NCBI GenBank assembly: GCA_041666845.1
Contig: JBAYGC010000001.1
Location: 28,864 to 92,863 of the forward strand
Source of the DNA: Patescibacteria group bacterium
Lineage (GTDB): Bacteria; Patescibacteriota; Patescibacteriia; UM-FILTER-42-10
Direction of reading: 5' to 3'
Length of the DNA: 64,000 nucleotides
The position numbers and the translations under genes are program-made. A model generated the notes under the pieces. It ran no database searches, was not told where the DNA came from, and was given only the letters and a program-made list of their open reading frames with translations. Numbering within the stretch: position 1 is the first letter of the stretch; each line of letters opens with the position of its first letter. Shown here piece by piece: positions 47,068 to 58,199 of this stretch.

Positions 47068-48108
47068 TTATTTGAAAACCATATCCTTCATTGATACTGG
47101 AAATTTTTTAAACCAACTTGCTATCTCATAATTACTCACTTGCTTTGTTTTCTGAATATGACGTCTTTTTGTGAGCATATTTGGTAAATTGATTAAAACA
47201 CTGAACCAACCTTTTAAAACTATTTTAAATGGTGTGAGTAGTCCAGAGCTTCTTCTTAACTCATGCGACGGCCCCCTTTTTGTCCTTATACTGCCTATTA
47301 GAAGATAATATCTGTAAGGTGTTAGTAATACTGCCCGCCAAAAATATTTAGCTGGGAGGTCCTTAATTATGACAAAAAAGCGATTGCGATTGATGTGGTA
47401 GGATTTAAAAGGCGAGAAAGACTGTGCTGTTGCTGAATGAATGTGATAAACAATTGCTTGCGGGCAAGAGAATGCTTTCCAGCTACGTAGCCTCAATTCC
47501 CAGGCTAAATCAAAATCTTCATAATAGGCGAAAAATTCGCTGTCAAAAATCTCGTCTTTATATTTAATTTGTTTAAGTGCATCAACTCTGTATAAAGCAG
47601 CACCGGCGCAGACGCCGAATATTTCTTCTTGTTTATCATATTGGCCATGATCGATTTCTTTGGAACCCCTACCTAAACCACCACCATCAATTCCGACAGT
47701 CACTCCAATACTATCGATTAGATTATTTTGGTGATAATATATCATTTTAGGAGCAATTGAGCCGATTTGCCTGTCTGATTCTGCAAGTAGTACAAGATTT
47801 GCCAAAAAATTAATATCAGCTTTCGTATCATTATTTAAAGTAACAATATACTCGATTTCATTATCTTTAAAAACTTCACGCAACGCAACGTTATTACCTT
47901 CTGCAAAACCAACATTTTTTTTCAATCGGATAATTTTAGTATCAGGAAAATTTTCTTCAACTAAATGTACGGAATTGTCGTTGGAACCGTTGTCAACAAA
48001 ATATATATCAAAATTCTGAAATGTCTGACTCTGTATTGAAGTGAAACAGTTTTTTAGAAATTTAGCCCCATTCCAATTTACAATGATTATTGCAACTTTA
48101 TTTTTCAT
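47068..48108 (-). CDS. GT2 glycosyltransferase
   Basis: VAIIIVNWNG...IYFVDNGSNDNS...NVGFAEGNN. Confidence 0.75.
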   Translation of the reverse strand: MKNKVAIIIVNWNGAKFLKNCFTSIQSQTFQNFDIYFVDNGSNDNSVHLVEENFPDTKIIRLKKNVGFAEGNNVALREVFKDNEIEYIVTLNNDTKADINFLANLVLLAESDRQIGSIAPKMIYYHQNNLIDSIGVTVGIDGGGLGRGSKEIDHGQYDKQEEIFGVCAGAALYRVDALKQIKYKDEIFDSEFFAYYEDFDLAWELRLRSWKAFSCPQAIVYHIHSATAQSFSPFKSYHINRNRFFVIIKDLPAKYFWRAVLLTPYRYYLLIGSIRTKRGPSHELRRSSGLLTPFKIVLKGWFSVLINLPNMLTKRRHIQKTKQVSNYEIASWFKKFPVSMKDMVFK

Positions 48109-48823
48109 TCTTTCTCGCTAACAAAATTATTTCTCCAAAGTATGGATAAAATCTGGAAGGAACTAAATTTACCAGATAATTAAGAATTTTCCATAAGAAA
48201 TTATACTTTGTAAAAAAACCGGAAAACATAACAGAGTTGTATGTTTTAATCTTTTCTACCGTAAAGCCATGGTCGGTCAAGTATTTTCTTAGATATTCCG
48301 TGTCATAGTATCTGAGATGTCCCTCGTGGTATTTACCGGCAATCATTTCAGAAAACCATCCTGAAAAAGGAACCTCAATTATGATCGCAGTATCTTGGTT
48401 GGCGATTTTTCCTACACTATTTATTAAAGCGTCCGGTTCGAACGCATGTTCAAGTACATCTAACATTACAATTACACTAGCTTTTACAACATTTGGTATA
48501 TTTTTACCGTCAAAATCAAAAAAACTTAGTTTTTCAGTAGTGTATTGTTTTCTATTTTCTTCAATTACTTTTTTTGAGATGTCTATTCCCACTCCATAAT
48601 TGATTTGATTTTCTATCTTGCGAAGAAAAAGACCTTTTGAACAGCCAATATCTAACACATTGTCATTTGCTGAAAAATTATACAAAGTATTCAGTCTGTT
48701 GAGTTTAATCTCCATCTTTTTGTCCTGATCATCACCATGTTGTCTGATTGAAGTATTATTATAAAAATTGATTAATTTTTTCTCAATTTCAGAATTAAAT
48801 GGGTATTCGAAATACTTTTTCAT
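48098..48823 (-). CDS. Class I SAM-dependent methyltransferase
   Basis: VLDIGCSKGLF motif I. Confidence 0.7.
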   Translation of the reverse strand: MKKYFEYPFNSEIEKKLINFYNNTSIRQHGDDQDKKMEIKLNRLNTLYNFSANDNVLDIGCSKGLFLRKIENQINYGVGIDISKKVIEENRKQYTTEKLSFFDFDGKNIPNVVKASVIVMLDVLEHAFEPDALINSVGKIANQDTAIIIEVPFSGWFSEMIAGKYHEGHLRYYDTEYLRKYLTDHGFTVEKIKTYNSVMFSGFFTKYNFLWKILNYLVNLVPSRFYPYFGEIILLARKNEK

Positions 48824-49978
48824 TTAGTTATTAATTAATGTAATATATCTTTTCGCAATATGGTTTGATGCGTAATTTGTAGGCAATTTAATATTCATCT
48901 TGCTCATATTTTCTCTAGTTTCTTTATTGTTGATAATATTTTCAACACCATTTGCAATTGCCTGTTCATTCATTGTTTCTATCAATAAGCCATTCTCATT
49001 ATCTATAACTAAATCTGTTTGTCCCCCTTGTTTTGTAGCTACAATCGGCAAGCCTACTTGCATCGCTTCCAATAAAACGATTCCAAATCCCTCATGCAGT
49101 GAACTTAGTACATATACATCTGAAATACTGAGGTATTGAAATTTCTGTTCTTCGGTAGTTACGCCAAGGAGATGTACTCTACAATTTAAATTCAACTCAT
49201 TTGATAGTGCCTTTAGATTCATCATTTCCGGTCCGTCACCGATAATCAGTAGCTCTATATTTTCATCAAGACGGGTAAGCGATTTAATTAAATAATCAAA
49301 GCCTTTTCTTTTCACCATTCTGCCGACTGATACTATATATTTTTTTGAATTTTCTAATCCAAGTTCTTCACGACTTTTTGTTGCAAAATCAAATATTTCA
49401 TATGCTAATGGAATTATCTCAATGTTGTGTTTTGGTTTATATAAATTTAATGCATTGAGCTTTGTGTTATTGGATTGCGCGACAACCACTGAAGAATTGT
49501 TTAGAATATTTCTGATTATTTTTCGGTAATACCAGTGTCTGTGTGGGGAGCTTTCTTTTGAAGGGTCATAAATGTCTCCACCGTGGATTGAAAGAATATT
49601 TTTTAGGTGAAAAATCTTTGATAGTAAATAACCGATTGGGCCAGTCGGCAGTACAAAGTGAGTATTGATAAATTTGTATTTATACTTTTTACATAGTGCA
49701 AATCCTTTGATAAATCCGAAAAATATATATGATAGCATCGATAAAAAAGATGCGGCATGCGGATCTTTTCGGTTAAATATTTTAACTCTATGTACGTTGA
49801 TGTTATCTACAACTTCGAATTTTTTCGCATTACCAAAACGACTGGTTACGTAATCCACTTCGTAACCCAGGCTTATAAATCCCTTGGCAAGTTTGTAGGC
49901 GGCAACTCCACCGCCACCACCTAGCGGTGGAAATTCATAATTAAGTATCAGAATTCTCATCACTATCCTTGTTCTCAA
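48824..49978 (-). CDS. GT4 glycosyltransferase
   Basis: EGFGIVLLEAMQVGLPIVATKQGGQTDLVIDNENGLLIE. Confidence 0.75.
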   Translation of the reverse strand: MRTRIVMRILILNYEFPPLGGGGGVAAYKLAKGFISLGYEVDYVTSRFGNAKKFEVVDNINVHRVKIFNRKDPHAASFLSMLSYIFFGFIKGFALCKKYKYKFINTHFVLPTGPIGYLLSKIFHLKNILSIHGGDIYDPSKESSPHRHWYYRKIIRNILNNSSVVVAQSNNTKLNALNLYKPKHNIEIIPLAYEIFDFATKSREELGLENSKKYIVSVGRMVKRKGFDYLIKSLTRLDENIELLIIGDGPEMMNLKALSNELNLNCRVHLLGVTTEEQKFQYLSISDVYVLSSLHEGFGIVLLEAMQVGLPIVATKQGGQTDLVIDNENGLLIETMNEQAIANGVENIINNKETRENMSKMNIKLPTNYASNHIAKRYITLINN

Positions 49979-50912
49979 TTACTTCTTTGATTGAATAGAT
50001 TGTGCGTTTGCGGTCGTAGAATGTTTTGACGGCGATATCGGCAAGCAGTCCGGATACAAAAAGTTGTACACCGGTCAACATCAGAAATACGGCAATCAGA
50101 GGCCAGATGCTGTTTTGGAGTGCTATTCTACCCAGTATTCTTGCGATAGCCAGGTATATACCGAGTAATGTTCCGGCTGTACCCAAAAATACGCCCATGC
50201 TCCCGAACAGATGCAAAGGACGACCGGAATACTTGCGCCAAAACCATACCGATATCATATCAATCAAACCCTTGATAACTCGTTTCCAGTTATATTTTGT
50301 TGTGCCAGTAGTTCTGGGTCTATGATTGACCTTTACCTCGCCAATTCTGAAACCCTGCCATTTGAGAATTCCCGGAATGAACCGGTGGATCTCGCCGTAA
50401 AGCGTAAGATTTTCAAAACATTCGCTTCTAAAAGCTTTTAATGTACAGCCGGAATCGTGGATTTTATCGTTGATGAAAAATTTTCTTAAAAAATCTGCGC
50501 CTCTGGAAACAAACCGCTTGGAAAAATCATCTTTCCGGTCAAACCGCCAACCGGAAACAACATCATATCCATCAGCCATTTTATTTAGGAGATTTGGAAT
50601 ATCCCTCGGATCATTCTGGCCGTCGCCGTCCATGGTGATAAATATTTCACCCTCCGCATTTTTGAAACCGGCATCCATAGCGGCTGTCTGTCCGAAATTC
50701 TTTCTAAATCTGATTATTTTGATAGGGGATAATGACTGCAATCTCTCAAAAGTGTGGTCATTTGATCCATCGTCTACGAATATTATCTCGTATGGTTCGT
50801 TTAGACCCCCCATCACTGATTTAATTTCAACAAATAAAGGCTGAACGGCATCCTGTTCGTTAAATGCGGGTACGATTATGGAATATTTATATTTCTTTTC
50901 TGTGTCACTCAT
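49941..50912 (-). CDS. GT2 polyprenyl-phosphate sugar synthase (ArnC/DPM1/GtrB-like) with C-terminal TM helices
   Basis: YSIIVPAFNEQD...IIFVDDGSNDHT...TMDGDGQNDP; two C-terminal TM. Confidence 0.8.
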   Translation of the reverse strand: MSDTEKKYKYSIIVPAFNEQDAVQPLFVEIKSVMGGLNEPYEIIFVDDGSNDHTFERLQSLSPIKIIRFRKNFGQTAAMDAGFKNAEGEIFITMDGDGQNDPRDIPNLLNKMADGYDVVSGWRFDRKDDFSKRFVSRGADFLRKFFINDKIHDSGCTLKAFRSECFENLTLYGEIHRFIPGILKWQGFRIGEVKVNHRPRTTGTTKYNWKRVIKGLIDMISVWFWRKYSGRPLHLFGSMGVFLGTAGTLLGIYLAIARILGRIALQNSIWPLIAVFLMLTGVQLFVSGLLADIAVKTFYDRKRTIYSIKEVIENKDSDENSDT

Positions 50913-50917
50913 TGTAT

Positions 50918-51871
50918 TTATTTATAATATTCTTTATACCACTCAATAAATTGATGAATACCTCCCTCAATATTTGTTTTCGGTTCAAATCCGAGCATTG
51001 ATTTAGCTTTGCTAATATCAGCATGTGTCTTCTCTACATCACCGGCCTGCATTGGAAGCATTTTCATTTTCGCCTTCAAACCAAGCTCTTTTTCTATCAG
51101 TCTAATAAAATATTCGAGACTAACAGTATGTGAATTGCCTAAATTAAAAATCTCATATTTATGCGGAAGCTTCAACGCACTAATCACGCCGTCAATTACA
51201 TCATCAATATAGGTAAAATCGCGGTGGTGCTTGCCGAAGTTATAGACGTCTATCTCATCACCGGCGATAATTTTCTTGGTGAATTTATAATATGCCATAT
51301 CGGGGCGACCGTACGGTCCGTAGGCAGTAAAAAAACGTAGTCCCGTAACATTTAAATCATATAATTTGTGATATACGTGCGCCAGCAGTTCGCAGGATTT
51401 TTTCGTTGCCGCATAGACAGAAATAGGGGAGTCAACCGGATCGTTTTCAGAAAATGGGATTTTTGTATTTCCGCCATATACTGAAGATGAGGAGGCAAAA
51501 ACAAAATTTGTAATATTATAATCTTTTGCTAATTCTAAAAGATTTAATGTTCCGCGGATATTTACATCCTGATAGATAAATGGGTCTTCAATTGATGCTC
51601 TTACACCGGCCCTGGCCGCTAAATGGCAGATTCGGTCAATTTTATGCTCTTTAAATATTTGTTTTAATCGTTCAAACTCTCTGATATCTGCCCGATATAT
51701 CGGAAACTTAAACTTACCTAGGAGTTTATTTATCCTGTCCTCTTTTAATTGTGGATCGTAATAATCGTTGAAATCATCAACGCAGACAACGTTTTCGCCG
51801 TTTTCAATAAGGCGTTTTATGGTGTGTGAGCCGATGAATCCAGCTCCACCAGTTACAAGCGTAGTGGACAT
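50918..51871 (-). CDS. UDP-glucuronate 4-epimerase (CapI/WbpP/Gla family SDR)
   Basis: [12 protein letters not shown]...DDFNDYYDPQLK...ASSSSVYG...SPISVYAATKKSCELLAHVY...TGLRFFTAYGPYGRPDMAYYKFTK...RDFTYIDD. -10 TATAAT (minus) at 51905-51910. Confidence 0.75.
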   Translation of the reverse strand: MSTTLVTGGAGFIGSHTIKRLIENGENVVCVDDFNDYYDPQLKEDRINKLLGKFKFPIYRADIREFERLKQIFKEHKIDRICHLAARAGVRASIEDPFIYQDVNIRGTLNLLELAKDYNITNFVFASSSSVYGGNTKIPFSENDPVDSPISVYAATKKSCELLAHVYHKLYDLNVTGLRFFTAYGPYGRPDMAYYKFTKKIIAGDEIDVYNFGKHHRDFTYIDDVIDGVISALKLPHKYEIFNLGNSHTVSLEYFIRLIEKELGLKAKMKMLPMQAGDVEKTHADISKAKSMLGFEPKTNIEGGIHQFIEWYKEYYK

Positions 51872-51991
51872 TAATTAACTGTAATTTATTGAATATACTC
51901 TGAGATTATACAAATTTTACAAGTTTTTGGCAACTTTTGCTTGTCAAACACAAAACTAAGAATGAATGTTCCAGAATATAACTTTTTTTAA

Positions 51992-53176
51992 CTAAATTAT
52001 TTTGTATTTCTTTCCGACTTTTTCAAAAGCAGAAATTGCTTTATCCAGATCTGCTTTAGTATGCCCGGCGGATATCTGTACTCTGATTCTAGCTTTGCCT
52101 TGTGGTACAACAGGGTAATAGAAACCGATAACATAGATTCCCTCAGCCAATAAATCTTCCGACATTTTCTGGGCCAGTTCTGCTTCATACAGCATGATCG
52201 GAACGATCGGGTGGACACCTTCTTTGATATCGAAACCAATTTTGGTCATTTCGGTACGGAAGTATTTGGCATTATCCATTACCGTTTCACGGAAAGACGG
52301 ATTCTTTTGGATGATATCTAAAATTGCAATAGATGTTGCGGTAACTAGTGGAGATAAAGAATTAGAGAAAAGATATGTTCGGGAACGTTGGCGCAGGAGA
52401 TCAACAATTTCTTTCCGACCGGAGACAAATCCGCCGGATGCACCACCCAGCGCTTTACCTAGAGTACCGGTAACTAAATCAACTTTGTTTGCAACTTCAT
52501 AATATTCAGGCGTGCCTTTGCCACTCTTTCCGATAAAACCCGATGCGTGTGAATCGTCAACGACAACCAAAGCCCCGTATTTTTCCGCCAACTCACAGAT
52601 GGATTTAATATCTGCGATGTGACCATCCATACTGAACACGCCGTCGGTGGCAATTATTTTTCGGCGAAAATCCTTACTTTCCTTTAGCTTTGTTTCCAGG
52701 TCATCCATATCCATGTGCTGGAATATCTTCCTTTCCGCTTTAGAAAGGCGCACGCCGTCAATAATACTGGCATGGTTCAGTTCGTCGGAGATTATTACAT
52801 CATCCTTGGACGTAATTGTCTCAAACAGACCGGTGTTGGCATCAAAGCATGAAGAATACAATATTGTATCTTCTGTGCCGAGAAACTCTGACAGTTTATT
52901 TTCCAGAGTCTTATGAATAGATTGTGTACCGCAGATGAACCGGACGGATGACAGACCATAGCCCCACTGGTCAAGGGAACTTTTCGCTACAGTGACTACA
53001 TCCGGGTGGTTTGCGAGTCCCAGGTAGTTATTTGCACAAAAATTCAGCAATTCTTTTCCATCAGCAATAATTTTCGCGCCCTGCGGTGTTTCCAGAACCC
53101 TTTCTTTTTTATACAGATTATTTTCTTTTATCGTGTTAATCTCCGAGAGAAAACCGTCTTTTGTGGTATTGTCCAT
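51992..53176 (-). CDS. kbl: 2-amino-3-ketobutyrate CoA ligase / glycine C-acetyltransferase (alpha-oxoamine synthase family)
   Basis: FCANNYLGLANHPDV; VRFICGTQSIH; LYSSCFDAN; NHASIIDG; PLP-Lys region GTLGKALGG. Confidence 0.8.
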   Translation of the reverse strand: MDNTTKDGFLSEINTIKENNLYKKERVLETPQGAKIIADGKELLNFCANNYLGLANHPDVVTVAKSSLDQWGYGLSSVRFICGTQSIHKTLENKLSEFLGTEDTILYSSCFDANTGLFETITSKDDVIISDELNHASIIDGVRLSKAERKIFQHMDMDDLETKLKESKDFRRKIIATDGVFSMDGHIADIKSICELAEKYGALVVVDDSHASGFIGKSGKGTPEYYEVANKVDLVTGTLGKALGGASGGFVSGRKEIVDLLRQRSRTYLFSNSLSPLVTATSIAILDIIQKNPSFRETVMDNAKYFRTEMTKIGFDIKEGVHPIVPIMLYEAELAQKMSEDLLAEGIYVIGFYYPVVPQGKARIRVQISAGHTKADLDKAISAFEKVGKKYKII

Positions 53177-53330
53177 ATTTTTAAAAATTATAGTAAAAAA
53201 TTAATTAGAAAAAGCATTCATCAGAAACGATGAGGTAATGCGGTCAAGAATTATCGCAAATACACCTTTATTGTATCAGGAGCTGTAATTTTTTTGTAGT
53301 GTATAAGTATTAAATCAGGATACACTTGTT

Positions 53331-53359
53331 TTGACTTCGTGCGTAAATATTAGTAAAAT
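53331..53359 (+). promoter_or_regulatory. Candidate sigma70 promoter TTGACT-17-TAAAAT upstream of rmlA
   Basis: ttgact 53331-53336, 17-nt spacer, taaaat 53354-53359. Confidence 0.35.
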
Positions 53360-53436
53360 AGAAGCTGTAATTGCTGATTCTGTCGGATAAACGTCAGCCT
53401 TTACAATGCAATAAATGACAATAACGAACAAAATTT

Positions 53437-54159
53437 ATGAAAGGTATAATTTTAGCGGGAGGACAGGCCACTAGACTACGGCCACTGACCCTGGTTACCA
53501 ATAAGCATCTTTTGCCGGTTTATGATAAACCGATGATTTATTATCCTTTGTTGACCCTGGCCAATGCCGGTATCAAAGATATCATGATTATTTCCGGCAA
53601 AGGGCACGCCGGCCACTTTTTGGAGCTATTGCGCTCCGGCGAAGAATTTGGTGTGCGATTATCCTATGGGGTACAGGAAGAGGCCGGCGGGATTGCGCAG
53701 GCTCTGGCTTTATGCCGGGATTTTGCGGATGAGGATAAGATCGCGGTAATTCTCGGCGACAATATTTTTGAAGATAATGTGGCAAAACAAGCCGCATTGG
53801 ATTTCGAACAGCAGGAAAAGGGGGCAAAAATATTTCTTAAAGAAGTTCCGGATCCGGAACGTTTTGGTGTGGCGGAAATCAGCGGTGATAAAATACTTGG
53901 CATTGAAGAAAAACCGAAAAGTCCGAAGAGCTCCATGGCCGTCGTTGGTTTGTATATGTATGACAATCAGGTATGGAAAGTTATAGAAAATCTGAAACCG
54001 TCCGGCAGGGGAGAGTTGGAAATTACTGATGTGAATAACTATTATATTAATCAGGGGACAATGACTTACGAAGTTTTGAGTGGCTTATGGACGGACGCGG
54101 GCACGTTTGATTCGCTTTATCGCGCTAATAAAATCGTAGCAGAAAGAAATAAACAATAA
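53437..54159 (+). CDS. rmlA: Glucose-1-phosphate thymidylyltransferase, short form (RmlA-like sugar nucleotidyltransferase)
   Basis: MKGIILAGGQATRLRPLT...KHLLPVYDKPMIYYPL; 240 aa. Confidence 0.75.
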   Translation: MKGIILAGGQATRLRPLTLVTNKHLLPVYDKPMIYYPLLTLANAGIKDIMIISGKGHAGHFLELLRSGEEFGVRLSYGVQEEAGGIAQALALCRDFADEDKIAVILGDNIFEDNVAKQAALDFEQQEKGAKIFLKEVPDPERFGVAEISGDKILGIEEKPKSPKSSMAVVGLYMYDNQVWKVIENLKPSGRGELEITDVNNYYINQGTMTYEVLSGLWTDAGTFDSLYRANKIVAERNKQ

Positions 54160-54163
54160 TCAT

Positions 54164-54643
54164 ATGATTGACGGAGTAAAAATCAAAGAGCTAATTGTCA
54201 GGCAGGACATTCCTGATACCGATGAAGCCACGGAAAAACCCGGGTTCCTGATGGAGGTATTGCGTGATGACGAGAATTTACTGACTAAATACGGACAAAC
54301 AACTTTTACCGTCGCTTACAAAGGAACAATTAAGGCATTCCATTACCACGAAAAACAGGACGACCTTTGGTTTGTCGCAACCGGCAAAGCGATGATTGTT
54401 CTGCATGATTTAAGGCCGGAATCGCCGACTCATGGTGAAACGCAGGTGATCAATGCCGGGGTTGATGATTATAAACTGGTGGTCATTCCGATCGGTGTTG
54501 CACACGGCTACAAGGTGCTTTCAGACGAGCCGGTACTGCTTTTTTATCACACTACAGAAAGTTACAACGCTCAAGAGCCGGATGAGAAGCGGATGGCGTA
54601 TAATGATTCGAAAGTGGGATTTGACTGGAGTCGGAATTCATAA
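54164..54643 (+). CDS. rmlC: dTDP-4-dehydrorhamnose 3,5-epimerase-like cupin
   Basis: IKAFHYHEKQDDLWFVATGKAMIVLHDLR matches the RmlC core (RGLHYQ...G...DV.VDLR). Confidence 0.65.
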   Translation: MIDGVKIKELIVRQDIPDTDEATEKPGFLMEVLRDDENLLTKYGQTTFTVAYKGTIKAFHYHEKQDDLWFVATGKAMIVLHDLRPESPTHGETQVINAGVDDYKLVVIPIGVAHGYKVLSDEPVLLFYHTTESYNAQEPDEKRMAYNDSKVGFDWSRNS

Positions 54644-54703
54644 ATAAATTGGCAGAATCTGGTAAATCGTATCATTCCAGACTGTTTTAAAAAATAATCA
54701 CAT

Positions 54704-55639
54704 ATGAAAATACACATCTCAGGATCGCTGGCGTACGACCGGATTATGGATTTCCCGGGACATTTTAAAGATCATATTTTATCGGAAAAAGTTCATATGA
54801 TCAATGTCAGTTTTGGTATTAATGTGCTGAAGGAAAATTTCGGCGGTACAGCCGGCAACATTGCCTATACCTTAAAATTATTGGGCAGTGACCCGACAAT
54901 TGTCGGTACAGCCGGCAGAGATTTCAGGCCGTACGCGGAGTGGTTGAGAAAGCATAAAATAAGCATGGCCGGAATCAAAATAATACCGTCCGAACTGACG
55001 GCCGGAGCCTATATTATTACGGACCGGTCGAATAATCAGATTACTGCCTTTCACTTTGGTGCGATGTCCCATTCGGTGGGAAAATTGGGTACGCCTGGTA
55101 AAAACAGCCTGGTTATTATTTCCCCCGGCAATGCTTCAGATATGGTAAAAACAGTCAGAGCCTGTAAAAAAGGCGGGATGCCGTACATTTTTGATCCGGG
55201 TCAGCAGATTCCGGCGCTTATCACAAAGGATCTTCGATATCTGCTGGAGGGTTCGGATATGTTCATCGTTAATGACTATGAATATGCCTTAGTTACCAAG
55301 AGATTGAAGCTCAGTCAGACGAAGTTAATGAAAATGACTAATACGGCGATTATTACCAAGGGTGACAAGGGTTCGCAGGTGACCACTGCAAACGGGACTT
55401 TCTCAGTCAGGGCAGTTACACCCAGAAAAGTAGTTGATCCGACAGGTGCCGGGGATGCATTTCGTTCCGGGCTAATTCATGGTATAATAAAAAAGTACCC
55501 GTTAAAGAAAGCTGTTCAGCTGGCCACATTGGTCGCTACCTATCCGATTGAGCACCACGGTACGCAGGAACATCGTTTTACAAAAAAAGAGATTGCTAAC
55601 CGGTTTATTAGCAATTTTAAAGCAAAATTAACTAATTAA
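54704..55639 (+). CDS. PfkB-family carbohydrate kinase (ribokinase-like)
   Basis: GGTAGNIAYTLKLLG; C-terminal DPTGAGDAFRSG anion-hole motif. Confidence 0.75.
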   Translation: MKIHISGSLAYDRIMDFPGHFKDHILSEKVHMINVSFGINVLKENFGGTAGNIAYTLKLLGSDPTIVGTAGRDFRPYAEWLRKHKISMAGIKIIPSELTAGAYIITDRSNNQITAFHFGAMSHSVGKLGTPGKNSLVIISPGNASDMVKTVRACKKGGMPYIFDPGQQIPALITKDLRYLLEGSDMFIVNDYEYALVTKRLKLSQTKLMKMTNTAIITKGDKGSQVTTANGTFSVRAVTPRKVVDPTGAGDAFRSGLIHGIIKKYPLKKAVQLATLVATYPIEHHGTQEHRFTKKEIANRFISNFKAKLTN

Positions 55640-55645
55640 TAAATA

Positions 55646-55771
55646 ATGAGTTCTATGAATCTCTCATTTTCCAAACAAAGCCCGACAACAAAAGTACTGG
55701 TTATAGTACTTGGTCTTGCATTGCTGGCATTCCTGGTTTTCGGGGTTATAACGGTAGTTCTGGGTAAATAA
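55646..55771 (+). CDS. Small hydrophobic protein (41 aa, single TM), not in the ORF track
   Basis: ATG 55646; MSSMNLSFSKQSPTTKVLVIVLGLALLAFLVFGVITVVLGK; stop 55769-55771. Confidence 0.3.
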   Translation: MSSMNLSFSKQSPTTKVLVIVLGLALLAFLVFGVITVVLGK

Positions 55772-55840
55772 ATTCGCTTAATCAAATGCAAAAAGTAGGG
55801 GGTATCTCCTCTGCTTTTGTGTCTTAAAATCATTAATTAA

Positions 55841-57130
<1,290 letters not shown>

Positions 57131-57185
57131 ATAATGAATAATGTATGATTTAAATCGGTTAATTATACATTTTACATTTTAAATT

Positions 57186-58199
57186 ATGAATTTACTAATT
57201 ACTGGAGGAGCGGGGTTTATCGGCTCCAACTTCATCCACTACTGGCTGAAAAGTCATCCGGAAGATCACATTGTGAATCTGGATAAATTGACGTACTGTG
57301 GAAATCTGGAGAATCTAAAAAGTATCGAAGCCAGTCCAAATTATAAATTTGTAAAAGGGGATGTTTGTGATGCGCAGTTAGTAAATAAGGTACTGCAGGG
57401 AATTGATACGGTCGTGCATTTTGCGGCAGAGAGTCATGTGGATCGATCAATTTTAGAACCCGATGCATTCATAAAGACAAATATATTAGGAACACATGTT
57501 CTGCTTGATGCGTCATTGAAAAATAATATTAAACGATTTCATCATATCTCGACTGATGAAGTTTTTGGCGCGCTTCCCTTGGAGGACAATTCCAAATTCT
57601 CTGAAAGCACAAAATATGACCCCCGGAGCCCGTATTCCGCTTCTAAAGCCGCTTCTGACCACCTTGTGAATGCGTATTATACGACCTACGGTCTGCCGGT
57701 GACAATTACCAACACGTCAAACAATTACGGTCCGTTTCAGTATCCGGAAAAACTGTTGCCGTTGGCCATTACCAATTTGATTGAAAATAAAAAAGTACCA
57801 ATTTACGGTGACGGTAAATATGTCCGCGACTGGCTCTATGTGGAAGACCACTGCCGGGCGGTGGAATTAGTATTGGAGAAGGCAAAAATCGGTGAAACAT
57901 ACCTGATCGGCGGACTGACTGAAGATGTAAACAATCTGGAATTGATCAGAAGAGTATTAAAGATTATGGGAAAATCAGAGGAAATGCTGGAATATGTTAA
58001 AGACCGTCCGGGGCATGACCGGCGCTATGCGGTGGATTGGAGTAAGGCGAAGAATGATCTGGGTTATAAACCGCTATACGATTTGGATACTTATCTGGAA
58101 AAGACGATTGACTGGTATCAGAAAAATGAAGATTGGTGGAAACGTATCAAGTCCGGGGATTATTTGAAATATTACAAAACACAATATGAGAAGCGATAA
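57186..58199 (+). CDS. rmlB: dTDP-glucose 4,6-dehydratase
   Basis: [13 protein letters not shown]...LDKLTYCGN...HFAAESHVDRSI. Confidence 0.85.
   Translation: MNLLITGGAGFIGSNFIHYWLKSHPEDHIVNLDKLTYCGNLENLKSIEASPNYKFVKGDVCDAQLVNKVLQGIDTVVHFAAESHVDRSILEPDAFIKTNILGTHVLLDASLKNNIKRFHHISTDEVFGALPLEDNSKFSESTKYDPRSPYSASKAASDHLVNAYYTTYGLPVTITNTSNNYGPFQYPEKLLPLAITNLIENKKVPIYGDGKYVRDWLYVEDHCRAVELVLEKAKIGETYLIGGLTEDVNNLELIRRVLKIMGKSEEMLEYVKDRPGHDRRYAVDWSKAKNDLGYKPLYDLDTYLEKTIDWYQKNEDWWKRIKSGDYLKYYKTQYEKR

Noticed and set aside
50918-51871. Possibility that the SDR next to kbl is an SDR-type L-threonine 3-dehydrogenase (canonical kbl-tdh pair)
   Set aside because: Its motifs (DDFNDYYDPQLK, ASSSSVYG, SPISVYAATKKSCELLAHVY, TGLRFFTAYGPYGRPDMAYYKFTK) match UDP-glucuronate 4-epimerases (CapI/Gla family) nearly block for block, so I kept the epimerase call.
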